Source: Centroscyllium fabricii (Eukaryota). Taken from it: a stretch of 64,000 nucleotides of DNA. Shown here one piece after another: positions 10,433-20,628 of this stretch. The position numbers and the translations under genes were made by a program. The stretch covers positions 107,508,001 through 107,572,000 of the forward strand of contig JBNRSN020000014.1 of assembly GCA_051313645.2 (NCBI GenBank), read 5' to 3'. The notes beneath the pieces were generated by a model, which saw only the letters and a list, made by a program, of their open reading frames with translations, had not been told where the DNA came from and did no database searches. Every line of letters begins with the position of its first letter. The first letter of the stretch is position 1.

Positions 10433-13400
10433 TCACATTGAGCAGACCAGGCGGTCTGGCTGGCGTCGCACCCTCGACGACCGTCTGAGCTGCTGGTCCT
10501 GCCGTTCGGTATCGGTACCTGGGGAAGCCGAAGGAGTATACGTTAGCAGCGCGTCACCAGGGAATACAGCGGTATGGGTCGGTGGGGGGCTGGGCACGGG
10601 CTGCGATGTGGGTGGTGCCGGCTGGACCCACGACGAGAGGAAGGGGGGTGGGGGCGGAGTTGTGGTCGCGGGGGCGCCTGCGGGCGCCAGGTCTTTAATA
10701 GAGACTGTGTCCTTCCTGCCATCAGGGAACTCCACATAGGCGTACTGCGGGTTAGCATGGAGGAGGAGTACCCTGTCGACCAGTGGGTCGGTCTTATAGT
10801 GCCGTACATGGCGCCGCAACAGTACTGGGCCCGGGGAGGCTAGCCACGACGGCAGCGACATCCCCGAGACGGACTTCCTGGGGAAGGAAAACATCCGTTC
10901 GTGCGGCGTTGCGTTGGTCGCTGTACAAAGAAGCGACCGTACGGCGTGTAGAGCGTCCGAGAGAACCGCCTGCCAGCGTGAGGCTGGAAGGCCCCTGGAC
11001 CTGAGTGCCAGGCGGACCGCCTTCCAGACAGTGCCATTCTCGCGCTCTACTTGGCCATTGCCCCGGGGGTTGTAGCTCGTTGTCCTGCTCGACGAGATTC
11101 CTCTCGCGAGTAGGAACTGGCGCAGTTCGTCGCTCATAAAAGCAGACCCCCGGTCAGAGTGTATGAATGAGGGGAAGCCGAATATTGCGAATATCGGGGC
11201 GAGGGCGTTGATGACTGTGGCAGCAGTCATATCAGTGCAGGGTATCGCAAATGGGAAACGGGAGTATTCGTCCACGACTGTGAGGAAGTAGACATTCCTG
11301 TCGGTGGACGGGAGTGGGCCCTTAAAATCAATACTAAGGCGTTCGAAGGGCCGAGAGGACTTAATCAGGTGTGCCTTGTCCGGTCGGAAAAACTGCGGCT
11401 TGCATTCCGCACAGACCGGACAATCCCTGACTATCTCCCTAACCTCCGCAATACTATACGGTAGATTGCGGGCTTTGATAAAATGATAGAAGCGGGTGAC
11501 CCCCGGGTGGCAGAGGTTATTGTGCAGAGCCTGCAGTCTGCCCGCCTGCACGCTGGCGCAGGTCCCGCGGGACAGTGCATCAGACGGCTCGTTGAGTCTA
11601 CCTGGCCTGTACAAAATATCATAATTAAAGGTGGACAATTCGATCCTCCACCTCAAGATCTTATCGTTCTTAATTTTTCCCCGCTGTGTGTTACTAAACA
11701 TAAATGCTACCGACATCTGATCGGTGAGCAGGGTAAATTTTCTACCGGCCAGGTAGTGTCTCCAGTGGCGCACCGCTTCGATAATGGCTTGGGCCTCTTT
11801 TTCCACGGAGGAATGCCGTGCTTCCGAGCCCGAGAGGGTACGGGAAAAGAAGGCAACGGGTCTGCCTGCTTGGTTCAGGGTCGCCGCCAGGGCGAAGTCG
11901 GACGCGTCGCTCTCCACTTGGAAAGGCACGTCCTCATCAATGGCGGACATTGCCGCTTTTACTATATCGGCTTTAAGTTGCTTAAAAGCCGTTAGTGCCG
12001 CTGCCGACAGGGGAAAAACAGTGGCCCGCATCAGAGGCCGGGCTTTGTCCGCAAATTTCGGGACCCACTGCGCGTAATACACGAACAGCCCCATGCACCG
12101 CTTTAGAGCTTTGGGTGTCTTGGGAAGGGGATACTCAATCAGCGGGCGCATTCGGTCAGGGTCCGGGCCGATTAACCCGTTTTCCACCACACAGCCCAAA
12201 ATAGCCAGGCGTCTGGTGCGGAAAACACATTTTTCTTTGTTGTAGGTCAAATTCAGGGATTTGGCTGTTTTCAAAAATTTAGCGAGGTTCTCGTCGTGGT
12301 CCTCGTCCGAGTGGCCGCAGATGGTGACATTATCTAGATAGGGAAAGGTGGCCCTGAGCCCGTGTTCGTCTACCATTCTATCCATTTCCCTCTGGAAGAC
12401 GGACACTCCGTTCGTCACTCCGAAGGGAACCCGAAGGAACTGGTAGAGGCGACCATCCGCTTCGAAAGCGGTGTAGGGGCGCTCCTCTCTGGGGATTGGG
12501 ACCTGGTGATATGCCGCTTTAAGGTCTATAGTCGAATAGACTTTGTATTGGGCAATTTCATTTACCATGTCCGAGATCCGGGGAAGGGGGTACGCATCGA
12601 GGAGTGTAAACCGGTTTATGGTCTGACTGTAGTCGACCACCATCCTGTTCTTCTCCCCCGTCTTTACCACTACTACTTGGGCCCTCCAGGGGCTGCGGCT
12701 GGCTTCAATCACCCCCTCTGCCAACAGTCGCTTCACCTCGGTGCCAATAAACGCCCTGTCTGCAGCACTATACCGCCTGCTCTTTGAGGCAATCGGTGCG
12801 CAGTCCGGCGTGAGGTTCGCGAACAGTTTCGGGGGTGAGATCCGTAAAGTGGTGAGCCCACAAAGCGGGCGCTCACGGGGGGTACTCGACTCGACCGTCA
12901 GGGGTGGGAGAGGGCCGCCGTATACCAGGGTGACACACTGCAGGTGGCTCTGGAAATCGAGCCCCAATAACACTGGGGCGCACAAGTGGGGTAACACAAA
13001 CAGTTTAAAATTACAGTATTTTACCCCGCGAACTACAAGTGATACTTCGCAACACCCCACGGCCTGCGCCGATTCTGAGTCCGCCGCCAAGGCGATGCGT
13101 TTTAAACAGGGGCGGATCGACAAGCGAAGACGGTCAGCGGTCTCGGGGGAAATAAAACTATCAGTACTACCCGTATCAAATAAACAGTTACAGTTTTGTC
13201 CGTTTACCTGGACGTCCATCATTGATTTCTGCAGTTCATGGGGTTTTGATTGGTCCAAAGTGATGGACGCCAGCACGGTTGATGAGTCGTCTTCATCCGA
13301 ATATTCTGGGTCGGAGTCAATTCGAAGACTCTCAAAATGGCCGCTGCCTCGTGGTGATGAACTAAGATGGCCGCTCCTCCTAGCTGTGGCCTCAAGATGG

Positions 13401-14248
13401 CCGCCGCCTCGTGGTGCTCCCTCGCGGTCATCTACCTCCGTGTAGTAGGAACGTGGTGCCGCTCTCGCTCCGCTGCAGATGGGGGCTGTCTTCTTTTTCT
13501 GCCCTGTTGCGCGGCACATCGTGGCATAGTGCCCCTTCTTTCCACACCCCGAGCACGTAGCATCTTTGGCTGGGCAGCGCAGTCTAGAGTGCCTAGCTTT
13601 TCCGCAAAAGAAACACTTTTGGTTGGTTTCAGGCCTGCTTCTTCCTGCCGCTGCCGTTAGCGCTGGGGTAGGAGTTGGGGCTGGGGATGCCCACGTAGGC
13701 GCGCTTGGTTGGCCATACGTGGTGGATCTCCGATCTGCATTGTCCAGATTTACAATCAGGGAGGCTGCTTCTTTTAACGTTAGCTCATCCCGTTCTAGCA
13801 GTCGGGCCCTGATATATGGGGAGTATACCCCTCTTACCAGAGCGTCCAGTGCCAGTTCGTTGTAGTGTTCGTCCGCCGTCAGGGGGCCAGGGGCGCAATC
13901 TCGGGTCAGCGCACAAATTTCTTTCACGAATTTGGCGCCCGGTTCCTCGGCGCTCTGGGCTCTCTGAGTCAACACGTGCCTTGAGTGAACAGCGTTGGCT
14001 GCTGGCACAAATTGTTCTTTCAGTTTCTTCATGGCCTGTTCGTAATCCGACTCCCCTTCGATGAGGTGGTAATGGTCAGCACTGATTCTGCAGTGTAGAA
14101 TTCGGCTCTTCTGCTGATCAGTTGAAGCAGTCTCTTTCACTTCGTCGATATAGCTCCTCAGCTGCTGTTCCCAGTGTTTATACCGGCGTTCGGCATCGGG
14201 AGCAGTCGCATCAATTTCCAAGATCGGGACAGCCAGAATTCGGTCCAT
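10433..14248 (-). CDS. Single-ORF Gag-Pol polyprotein, 1271 aa (zinc knuckles, aspartic protease, RT, RNase H, integrase; no chromodomain seen)
   Basis: CFFCGKARH…CSGCGKKGHYATMC, LFDTGS, STIDL…PFG…YLDN, ESDASD/EKEA/TDQ, H-x4-H…CPVC, IDFKG…HSDRG…VERENG. Confidence 0.97.
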   Translation of the reverse strand: MDRILAVPILEIDATAPDAERRYKHWEQQLRSYIDEVKETASTDQQKSRILHCRISADHYHLIEGESDYEQAMKKLKEQFVPAANAVHSRHVLTQRAQSAEEPGAKFVKEICALTRDCAPGPLTADEHYNELALDALVRGVYSPYIRARLLERDELTLKEAASLIVNLDNADRRSTTYGQPSAPTWASPAPTPTPALTAAAGRSRPETNQKCFFCGKARHSRLRCPAKDATCSGCGKKGHYATMCRATGQKKKTAPICSGARAAPRSYYTEVDDREGAPRGGGHLEATARRSGHLSSSPRGSGHFESLRIDSDPEYSDEDDSSTVLASITLDQSKPHELQKSMMDVQVNGQNCNCLFDTGSTDSFISPETADRLRLSIRPCLKRIALAADSESAQAVGCCEVSLVVRGVKYCNFKLFVLPHLCAPVLLGLDFQSHLQCVTLVYGGPLPPLTVESSTPRERPLCGLTTLRISPPKLFANLTPDCAPIASKSRRYSAADRAFIGTEVKRLLAEGVIEASRSPWRAQVVVVKTGEKNRMVVDYSQTINRFTLLDAYPLPRISDMVNEIAQYKVYSTIDLKAAYHQVPIPREERPYTAFEADGRLYQFLRVPFGVTNGVSVFQREMDRMVDEHGLRATFPYLDNVTICGHSDEDHDENLAKFLKTAKSLNLTYNKEKCVFRTRRLAILGCVVENGLIGPDPDRMRPLIEYPLPKTPKALKRCMGLFVYYAQWVPKFADKARPLMRATVFPLSAAALTAFKQLKADIVKAAMSAIDEDVPFQVESDASDFALAATLNQAGRPVAFFSRTLSGSEARHSSVEKEAQAIIEAVRHWRHYLAGRKFTLLTDQMSVAFMFSNTQRGKIKNDKILRWRIELSTFNYDILYRPGRLNEPSDALSRGTCASVQAGRLQALHNNLCHPGVTRFYHFIKARNLPYSIAEVREIVRDCPVCAECKPQFFRPDKAHLIKSSRPFERLSIDFKGPLPSTDRNVYFLTVVDEYSRFPFAIPCTDMTAATVINALAPIFAIFGFPSFIHSDRGSAFMSDELRQFLLARGISSSRTTSYNPRGNGQVERENGTVWKAVRLALRSRGLPASRWQAVLSDALHAVRSLLCTATNATPHERMFSFPRKSVSGMSLPSWLASPGPVLLRRHVRHYKTDPLVDRVLLLHANPQYAYVEFPDGRKDTVSIKDLAPAGAPATTTPPPPPFLSSWVQPAPPTSQPVPSPPPTHTAVFPGDALLTYTPSASPGTDTERQDQQLRRSSRVRRQPDRLVCSM
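13330..13420 (-). repeat. Three 30-bp in-frame repeats (xxRxxGH[LF]xx) with YY1-type motifs
   Basis: aaaatggccgc, aagatggccgc and aagatggccgcc on + at 30-bp spacing. Confidence 0.8.
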
Positions 14249-14267
14249 TTTTGGATTTTAGCGACGA

Positions 14268-14282
14268 TCTAAGTTTATTAAA
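14268..14282 (-). promoter_or_regulatory. Non-tRNA PBS-position sequence complementary to LTR 14328-14342
   Basis: tctaagtttattaaa vs tttaataaacttaga, a perfect 15-bp inverted repeat. Confidence 0.9.
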
Positions 14283-14850
14283 TTGATACCATCAATTACT
14301 CGAGTCTGAGAGCGAGTTAACATAGGCTTTAATAAACTTAGAACAAGCGTAAGGGATCACAGGTATCGTTAGTACAGTACAGTAGAGAGGAGGTCAGAAC
14401 CCACGAGTGCTGACCTTTATACCCCCAGGGTCAGAGGCGTGGCCTACCCGAGGTCCTCCAGGTACAGGTCTCCCAAGTCTGGCTGGGCAAGAGTAGACAC
14501 GCCCTAAGGCATGTACATACACATAGTTGGTGTTATAGCCAATATCACCACAATTAGGTGCCGTTTAAACGAGAGTTTCCTGTACTGATCACTCTTTGTG
14601 TCAAGAAACACTTCTTGACATCAGTCCTAAAATTGTCTGTTGCAAGTTAAAACTTGTGATTCTAAGGGCTAGAAATTGGTCTTGGGCGGTGGCTGCAATG
14701 GAACTGAATATCAGGTGCTGTGTATAAGGGGTGGCCAATCCGATACCACCTGTTTTACGCCACTGTCTGAGACCAATTCCTAGGCCTTTAAATGGTTTAA
14801 TTGAAAGTAATTTTCCAGAGTTACCTATTCCATTGCATTTTATCGAGCTG

Positions 14851-14955
14851 TGGGATCTTAGACATCCACCTGAAAGGGCAGACATGGCCTCAGTTTAACA
14901 TCTCATCCAAAAGGCAACAACGCTGACAGTGCTGCCAACTGAGCCACAGTTGACG
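14851..14955 (-). mobile_element. DeuSINE fragment
   Basis: Similar to about 5290-5370 and the SINE head (gggatct…tccacctga…tctcatc…actgagccaca). Confidence 0.65.
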
Positions 14956-15466
14956 TGCGTTCTTGTATACCTCTGTAAGATCACCTTTCAGACATTAATA
15001 CTGAAGAGCCCAAGTTTCTCCCTTGTTTCCTCATAACTCAGATTGCTTAAGATCTCTAAGATTTGGCATCATCCCTTGTGTCTTCATGCTATTAGTTGAG
15101 GGTAGAACAACAGCCGGGATATCTAGGCGGTGGTTTTCCTCTTGCTCCCACCCTGCTTACACCTAAAAATGGGGTGGTAGTCACCTCAAAATTGCATGGC
15201 GGATTGGGCACTGATTTACCACTACACTACTCAGGTGGAAACCGGCAGGGGCGTGGTTAATATATGCAAATCAGGAGCAAATGAGGCAGTTAAGATCCCT
15301 CTGCCATTTTCATCTTCACTGTCATTACTACAGCCAGGTCCTCAGCCTACCCATAAACCGTGTTATGTTGGGAGGCAGCCATTCCCAGTGCAATGAAAGG
15401 GATATTCACCTGATGTAAGCTAAAATGCTGCTAGATTTTTGGGAGACATTTTGCTTTGTTACTCAG

Positions 15467-15734
15467 TGTGGTAACCGTGTATTACCATTGTATATAGTTG
15501 ATGTGCTCACCTTACCATTGTATATAGTTGATGTGCCCACCTTGATATTGTATGTTAGGCCAGGTCAGCCACACCCCTAACTCCTCCCCTCAGGTCGGAG
15601 CATATAGGTGAGGGCTGCCCTGCCCCCGCTCATTCTCGCCTTGAACTCAACAGGAGACCAGCTCCATTGTTAGTGAATAAAAGCCTATAGTTTGGGTAAC
15701 TACTCGTCTTTTGCGTTTGATTGACGATACGTCA
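15467..15734 (+). mobile_element. Solo LTR, element-A family
   Basis: tgtggtaacc…gatacgtca; TSD ctcag; contains aataaaagcc. Confidence 0.92.
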
Positions 15735-16597
15735 CTCAGACAATGTTGAAGTGCTTGCTGTGGCTGTGAAATATTCTGAACTCTGAAGGGGCTTCTGGCA
15801 ATGCACTTTTTCGTCATTGATGTCCTTCTGGCACTTATACTCTGGCTAGAAGACGAGGAGGAGCAGCTACAGGAGGAAGGATCAAACAGCGCTGTAGCTG
15901 CTGGGAGGCATGCTCACAGGAAGGCTTATCCTTCCAACAAAGTGTGTAGTCCCAAGGCAACAAACCTGTGCTTCTCTGAGAAGCAGTGCAGAAGGAGGTT
16001 GTGCTTTTCTAGGAAGGCTGTCACACAATTGCAACAAGGCCGACAACCAATAGCCACAGCTCCCACCGCATTGCCTGTTGTAGTCAAAGTCAATGCAGCT
16101 TTCAACTCCATTGCTTCCAGCTCCTTCCAGGCTGTCACAGGGGATATCAAGAACATAATTCAGTCTGCAGTTCATGCTTGCATTAAAGCAGGTGTCTAAT
16201 AGCATGTTTGCTAAACACTTTAATCACTTTCCACAAAAGTAGCAGGAAAGGGCTCTGGGGTTTGCACAGTTTGCAGCTTCCCCTGAGGCCAAGATATCAT
16301 TGACTGCATCGCATCACCCTGCGGCCTCCTTCACAAAACCACACTGCCTTCATGAATTGTAAGGGCTACTGTGAAGGAATACGCTATATAGCCTTTTTAG
16401 AAAAATACACTATCTTATGAAAGAATTCTGGCCATGTTGAGATAAGATAGTAGTTGACCATGAAGAGTACCTTATAAGGAACTCTACCTTATAAATTCTT
16501 TAAAACATGACAAACTGGGTTTGGAAATTTAGAAACCTAACTATGAAATAGCTATGAAAGAATTCTGGCTATTGAAACAGGATAAGTTGTTGACCCT

Positions 16598-16864
16598 TGA
16601 CGTATCGTCAATCAAACGCAAAAGACGAGTAGTTACCCAAACTATAGGCTTTTATTCACTTACAATGGAGCTGGTCTCTTGTCGAGTTCAAGGCAAGAGT
16701 GAGCGGGGGCAGGGCAGCCCTCACCTATATGCTCCGACCCGAGGGGAGGAGTTAGGGGTGTGGCTGACCTGGCCTTACATACAATGTCAAGGTGAGCACA
16801 TCAACTATATACAATGGTAAGGTGAGCACATCACTATATACAATGGTAATACACGATTACCACA
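16598..16864 (-). mobile_element. Solo LTR, element-A family
   Basis: tgacgtatcgtca…ttaccaca; TSD accct. Confidence 0.92.
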
Positions 16865-16890
16865 ACCCTGAATAAACAACCTTATTGAAA

Positions 16891-17229
16891 TATAGAAACA
16901 TAGAAGATAGGAGCAGGAGTAGGCCATTCGGCCCCTCGAGCCTGCTCCACCATTCAATGAGATCATGGCTGATCATCCAAATTCAGTAGCCTGTCCCTGC
17001 CTTCTCTCCATATCCCTTGATCCCTTGAGCCTTAAGAAATATATCTAACTCCTTCTTGAATATATTTATTGAATTGGCCTCTATGGCCTTCTGTGGTAGA
17101 GAATTCCACAGGTTCACCAATCTCTGGGTGAAGAAATTCCTCCTCATCTCTGTCCTAAATGGCTTACCCCTTATCCTTAGACTGTGACCCCTGGTTCTGG
17201 ACTCCCCGACCATCGGAAACATCGGAAAC
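16891..17229 (-). mobile_element. CR1 LINE 3' fragment
   Basis: ESRTRGHSLRI…RRNFFTQR…WNSLP C-terminus plus CR1 tail. Confidence 0.9.
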
Positions 17230-17761
17230 AGAAGAATGGGTGTCTCCGAGTGGCTGGCCTTTTGGGAACAGAACAATGGTCAACCCTGGATAAGTGATTT
17301 AAATTAAACCTCTTAAAGATGACACATAAGGTAAGAAACATCTGCCTTCACACCTATATGGTAAAAACTCCCAATAACTATTGGCGATGCAGTAGTAAGA
17401 ATTGCAAGAGGTCAGCAGAAAGATGAATAGTGAAAATTAACTTGGATCAGCAGAAACCTTATGGGATACAACTGAAAAGGGTATAAATATTGCAGTCTCA
17501 AATGGGATATCAGAATTGCTTTAATCGGGCAAGGTGATTCTCGACTATAGAGGCAGCTCTGTTGTCTTCCACTCTTTGTACCTCGGGGATCGAATGTAAT
17601 TTGATATTGATGGATATTCTGCATAGAAAATTTTAAGGACTTTAATACTGTAGCGAAGTTAAGATTTAAAAGTAAGATCCGCTGTTAAAAAGATCATATT
17701 TTTTCTCTTTTTAGAACTGTTAACATTGCGATTGACTGATTCACCAAGTGTAAATTGCATG

Positions 17762-17961
17762 ATGTGGAGGTGCGAGTGTTGGACTGGGGTGGACAATTGT
17801 AAGAAGTCACACAACACCAGATTATAGTCCAACAGTTTTATTTGAAATCACAAGCTTTCGGAGCGCTGCTCCTTCTTCACCCGAGGAAGGAGCAGCGCTC
17901 TGAAAGCTTGTGATTTCAAATAAAACTGTTGGACTATAACCTGGTGTTGTGTGACTTCTTA
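17762..17961. mobile_element. Penelope-like terminal fragment, head-to-head palindromic
   Basis: Matches 42140-42260, with arms inverted about 17878. 13-bp TSD tgtaaattgcatg (17749-17761, 18623-18635). Confidence 0.8.
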
Positions 17962-18615
17962 TGCCCCGCTTTCACTGAGGCGACGAAAATCCCGAATGGT
18001 CCCGAATCTGAAATTTTTCCGGTTCGTAGACAATTCTTGCAGTTCTTAAATGATTCTTAGTTGATTCTTAGTTGATTCCTAAGCATTCGTACAGTTCGCG
18101 TGAGTTCGTCGATTTTGCACGAATGTTTTGGCTTGTCAAAAACCTTCGTGGGAGGGTTCACGAAGTTCAGATTCGTACATGCATCGTAAACACTTCGTGA
18201 ACCTTTCTTATCGTTCGTAACCCTTTCTTATCGTTCGTAACCGCTTCGTAATCGCTTCTTCTGCATTCTGGCCTATTCTTGGGCATTCGTGACTCCCTCA
18301 AATTCGTGGACCCACGCCGAATACATCATGAAACAGGCACGAATGTCCACGAATCAAGTACGAATCGGTCGTAGTGGATTCGTACAGTAATTCGGCACAT
18401 TCGTAAGTGAGTCGTACCTTATTCGTTAAATTCTTACCTGATTCTTTGAATTCGTACTTGTTTCTTAAACCATTCTTGACATTCGGCATGAATAATTCGT
18501 AACAAATTCGTACCTCCTCCCGAATCTCTACGAAACTTGTCATTTTTTGCCGAATCTTCACAAATTTCGATTCGGGACCATTCGGGATTTTCGTTGCCTC
18601 AGTGAAAGCGGGGCA
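17962..18615. mobile_element. PIF/Harbinger MITE
   Basis: About 55-bp TIRs tgccccgctttcactgagg… / …cctcagtgaaagcggggca; TSD TTA; interior packed with ttcgt/acgaa motifs. Confidence 0.88.
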
Positions 18616-19234
18616 TTACAATTGTAAATTGCATGTCAGTTCTTTTAATAAATCTCTATACATTTTTAGAATTGTCTCACATAAGTCTTCTGCATCAATA
18701 ACTCGTGAACCCAATCTCTGTACACTCTTTGGTGGAGAGGTACATTTCTGAAAGAGATCTCCAGACCCTGATAATATCCGGGACATTACAGTCTGGCTAA
18801 ACATATTAAAAGTGCTATCTGGAGGACGGTATCATTCTTGGGTTGTTCCTTTCCTTTAGGGAGAGATAGCCCGGACCTTTAGACCCAATTAAGCGACTTT
18901 AGGATTCGGCCACCTCAAACTTTAGTTGAAAGTGAACATCTGAGAAATACACCTAATCGGGGATATCCCCAAAGGGGCTAGGACGAGTAAATATCCTTTC
19001 ACTACCACCCTGTTAATGTGCAACTGGTGTATGATCACTAGCAATGTATCATGCAGGGTTTTGCCCTCTCTCCTGGGAGCTGGCATGGTGCTTTTATATT
19101 GTAGTAATCCTCCAACCCTGGCCCCCCACCACCCCACTCTTTGCCCCTGCACAGCAAGCAAGAGGCTGGCTGCTTGAGGACAAAGGCTATCCCCGCCACA
19201 CTTAGCTCGTGACTCCTCTCAGGATTCCACACTT

Positions 19235-20140
19235 GGGGGGGAATTTTTAAAAAGCTGTGGGAAGCTGTCGGGTTTTGGGCAGGTCAGCTTTCTGTCCTGC
19301 CCGCCCAAGGACCTGGGAGGCCCGAGCGATTTTGGCTCAAGTGGCCAATCAAATCCCCGTCGATCTGTCGGGCTTCCAATACACACTAATGGGCGGGAAC
19401 TTAGCCCTTTACATTCACAGTTTGAGTGGGACGGGCTGTTGATTGACAGGCCTGAGTAGTAAGAACTCACTAAGCCTGATTGACAGATCTGAAAGTGTTG
19501 CCTTTGTTTCTATGTTGACATAGCCTCTGTGAGTCAGACTATGAAAGGAACACTAAAACCACAAAACAAACAGTTGAAGTGAGTCACTGTTTGTTTGTGG
19601 TTTCAATGGAATGTAAACAGAAACTGATCCCCTGGGTGATTGACAGCTGGGCTCACAGACACAGTGCAGCACACCAATCTCTGTTGAATAGGAGCGATTT
19701 GAAGGTGAGTGATTTCAATGTTTTGGGGCTCTGAAGTTTACCACCCTTGGGTGGCAGCTGCACCTCCAGCATGGTGGAGGCTAGCAAGCTGCTGTGTGGG
19801 TGCTGTACCCATGCCTTGAAGGTGGTAGACACCCAGCCACCTGGGTTCCCACCACCTTTTCCATGGCGGGGTTTTCACCAGGTGGGTTTTGGGTGGGAAG
19901 AGGGCTAAAATAGCCGAGGGCCCTTAAAATAGGATTAGCCATCCAATTAAGGGCCCTCAACGACATCAATCTGCATCCCCGCCGGCAGCGGGCAGGAAAC
20001 ATGCGGGGCGGCAAAACCCGCCAAACGAAAATCCCAAAAGAGCGGGGATCCGGCGGGGTGGCTTCCCGCCCACCGGAATTGCAATTTTAGTACCCGCCCT
20101 GCCAGAAACCCGCACTCACGGCCTTCCGAAAATTCCCCCC
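19235..20140. mobile_element. Harbinger-type MITE (same family as 58295-59017)
   Basis: ggggggaattttt … aaaattcccccc; TSD CTT; interrupts the HARBI pseudogene. Confidence 0.78.
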
Positions 20141-20628
20141 CTTGGTAGCAAAACTGCACTACAATCAGATCCAAGGTTCAACTATAGCTCTCATCAAGCA
20201 GACCGTTGGAGTCCTCAAGCAACAATTCCACTGGCTGGATAGGTCTGGTGACTTCCTGCAATACAGCCCATGAAGAGTGTCCTGTATAATAGTGGTTTGT
20301 TGTATTCTCTGTAAATTTGCTGTGAAACAGGGACAACCCATGGAGCCACCATTGGACGAGACCTTCAGCATGATGAGGGAGACAATACTGGTGACATAGA
20401 GGATGGTGACCAATAGTTGCCTGTAGCTAGAGGCCTTCGGCAGCAGTTCATTGCAGAGCACCACCGCTGAACATTTCCTGCCCCCCACATTAACAGTCAG
20501 GTCCAACATCACTCCCAGTTCTTTCACCCTCCAATAAACTGCTTCTGTCTTAAGACCAACATTGATATTCACATCAACAAAACGTTGCAGCATCACCAAC
20601 TACCACAGGAACACTCTCTGCACTCAAA

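Larger units (their letters stand above)
10039..14552 (-). mobile_element. Full-length, apparently intact Ty3/Gypsy LTR retrotransposon B
   Basis: 269-bp LTRs at 14284-14552 and 10039-10307 with one visible mismatch. Perfect TSD attag (10034-10038, 14553-14557). PPT at about 10308-10320. Confidence 0.98.
9743..14582. mobile_element. Tc1/mariner-pogo (Tigger-like) MITE interrupted by Gypsy element B
   Basis: TIR caggaaactct / agagtttcctg flanked by TA on both sides; halves about 9743-10038 and 14553-14582. Confidence 0.75.
16370..19001 (+). mobile_element. Long solo LTR, probably ERV class I-like, with four nested insertions
   Basis: Begins tgtgaaggaat and ends atatcctttca; 4-bp TSD ctac. 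U3-like repeats tatgaaagaattctggc (about 16417 and 16553). attaaa at about 18804. Confidence 0.65.
15801..20460 (+). pseudogene. Decayed Harbinger (HARBI1-like) transposase in three pieces: about 15801-16369, 19002-19234, 20141-20460
   Basis: PTALPVVVKV…SSFQ…GD…QSAVHACI; NCKGY|H…NVQLVYDH; WLDRSG…LQYSP. Many stops and frameshifts. Confidence 0.75.

Noticed and set aside
12741-13445. Long antisense ORFs over the Gypsy and CR1 coding regions
   Set aside because: Expected shadows of GC-rich coding sequence; no motifs and not conserved between A, B and C.
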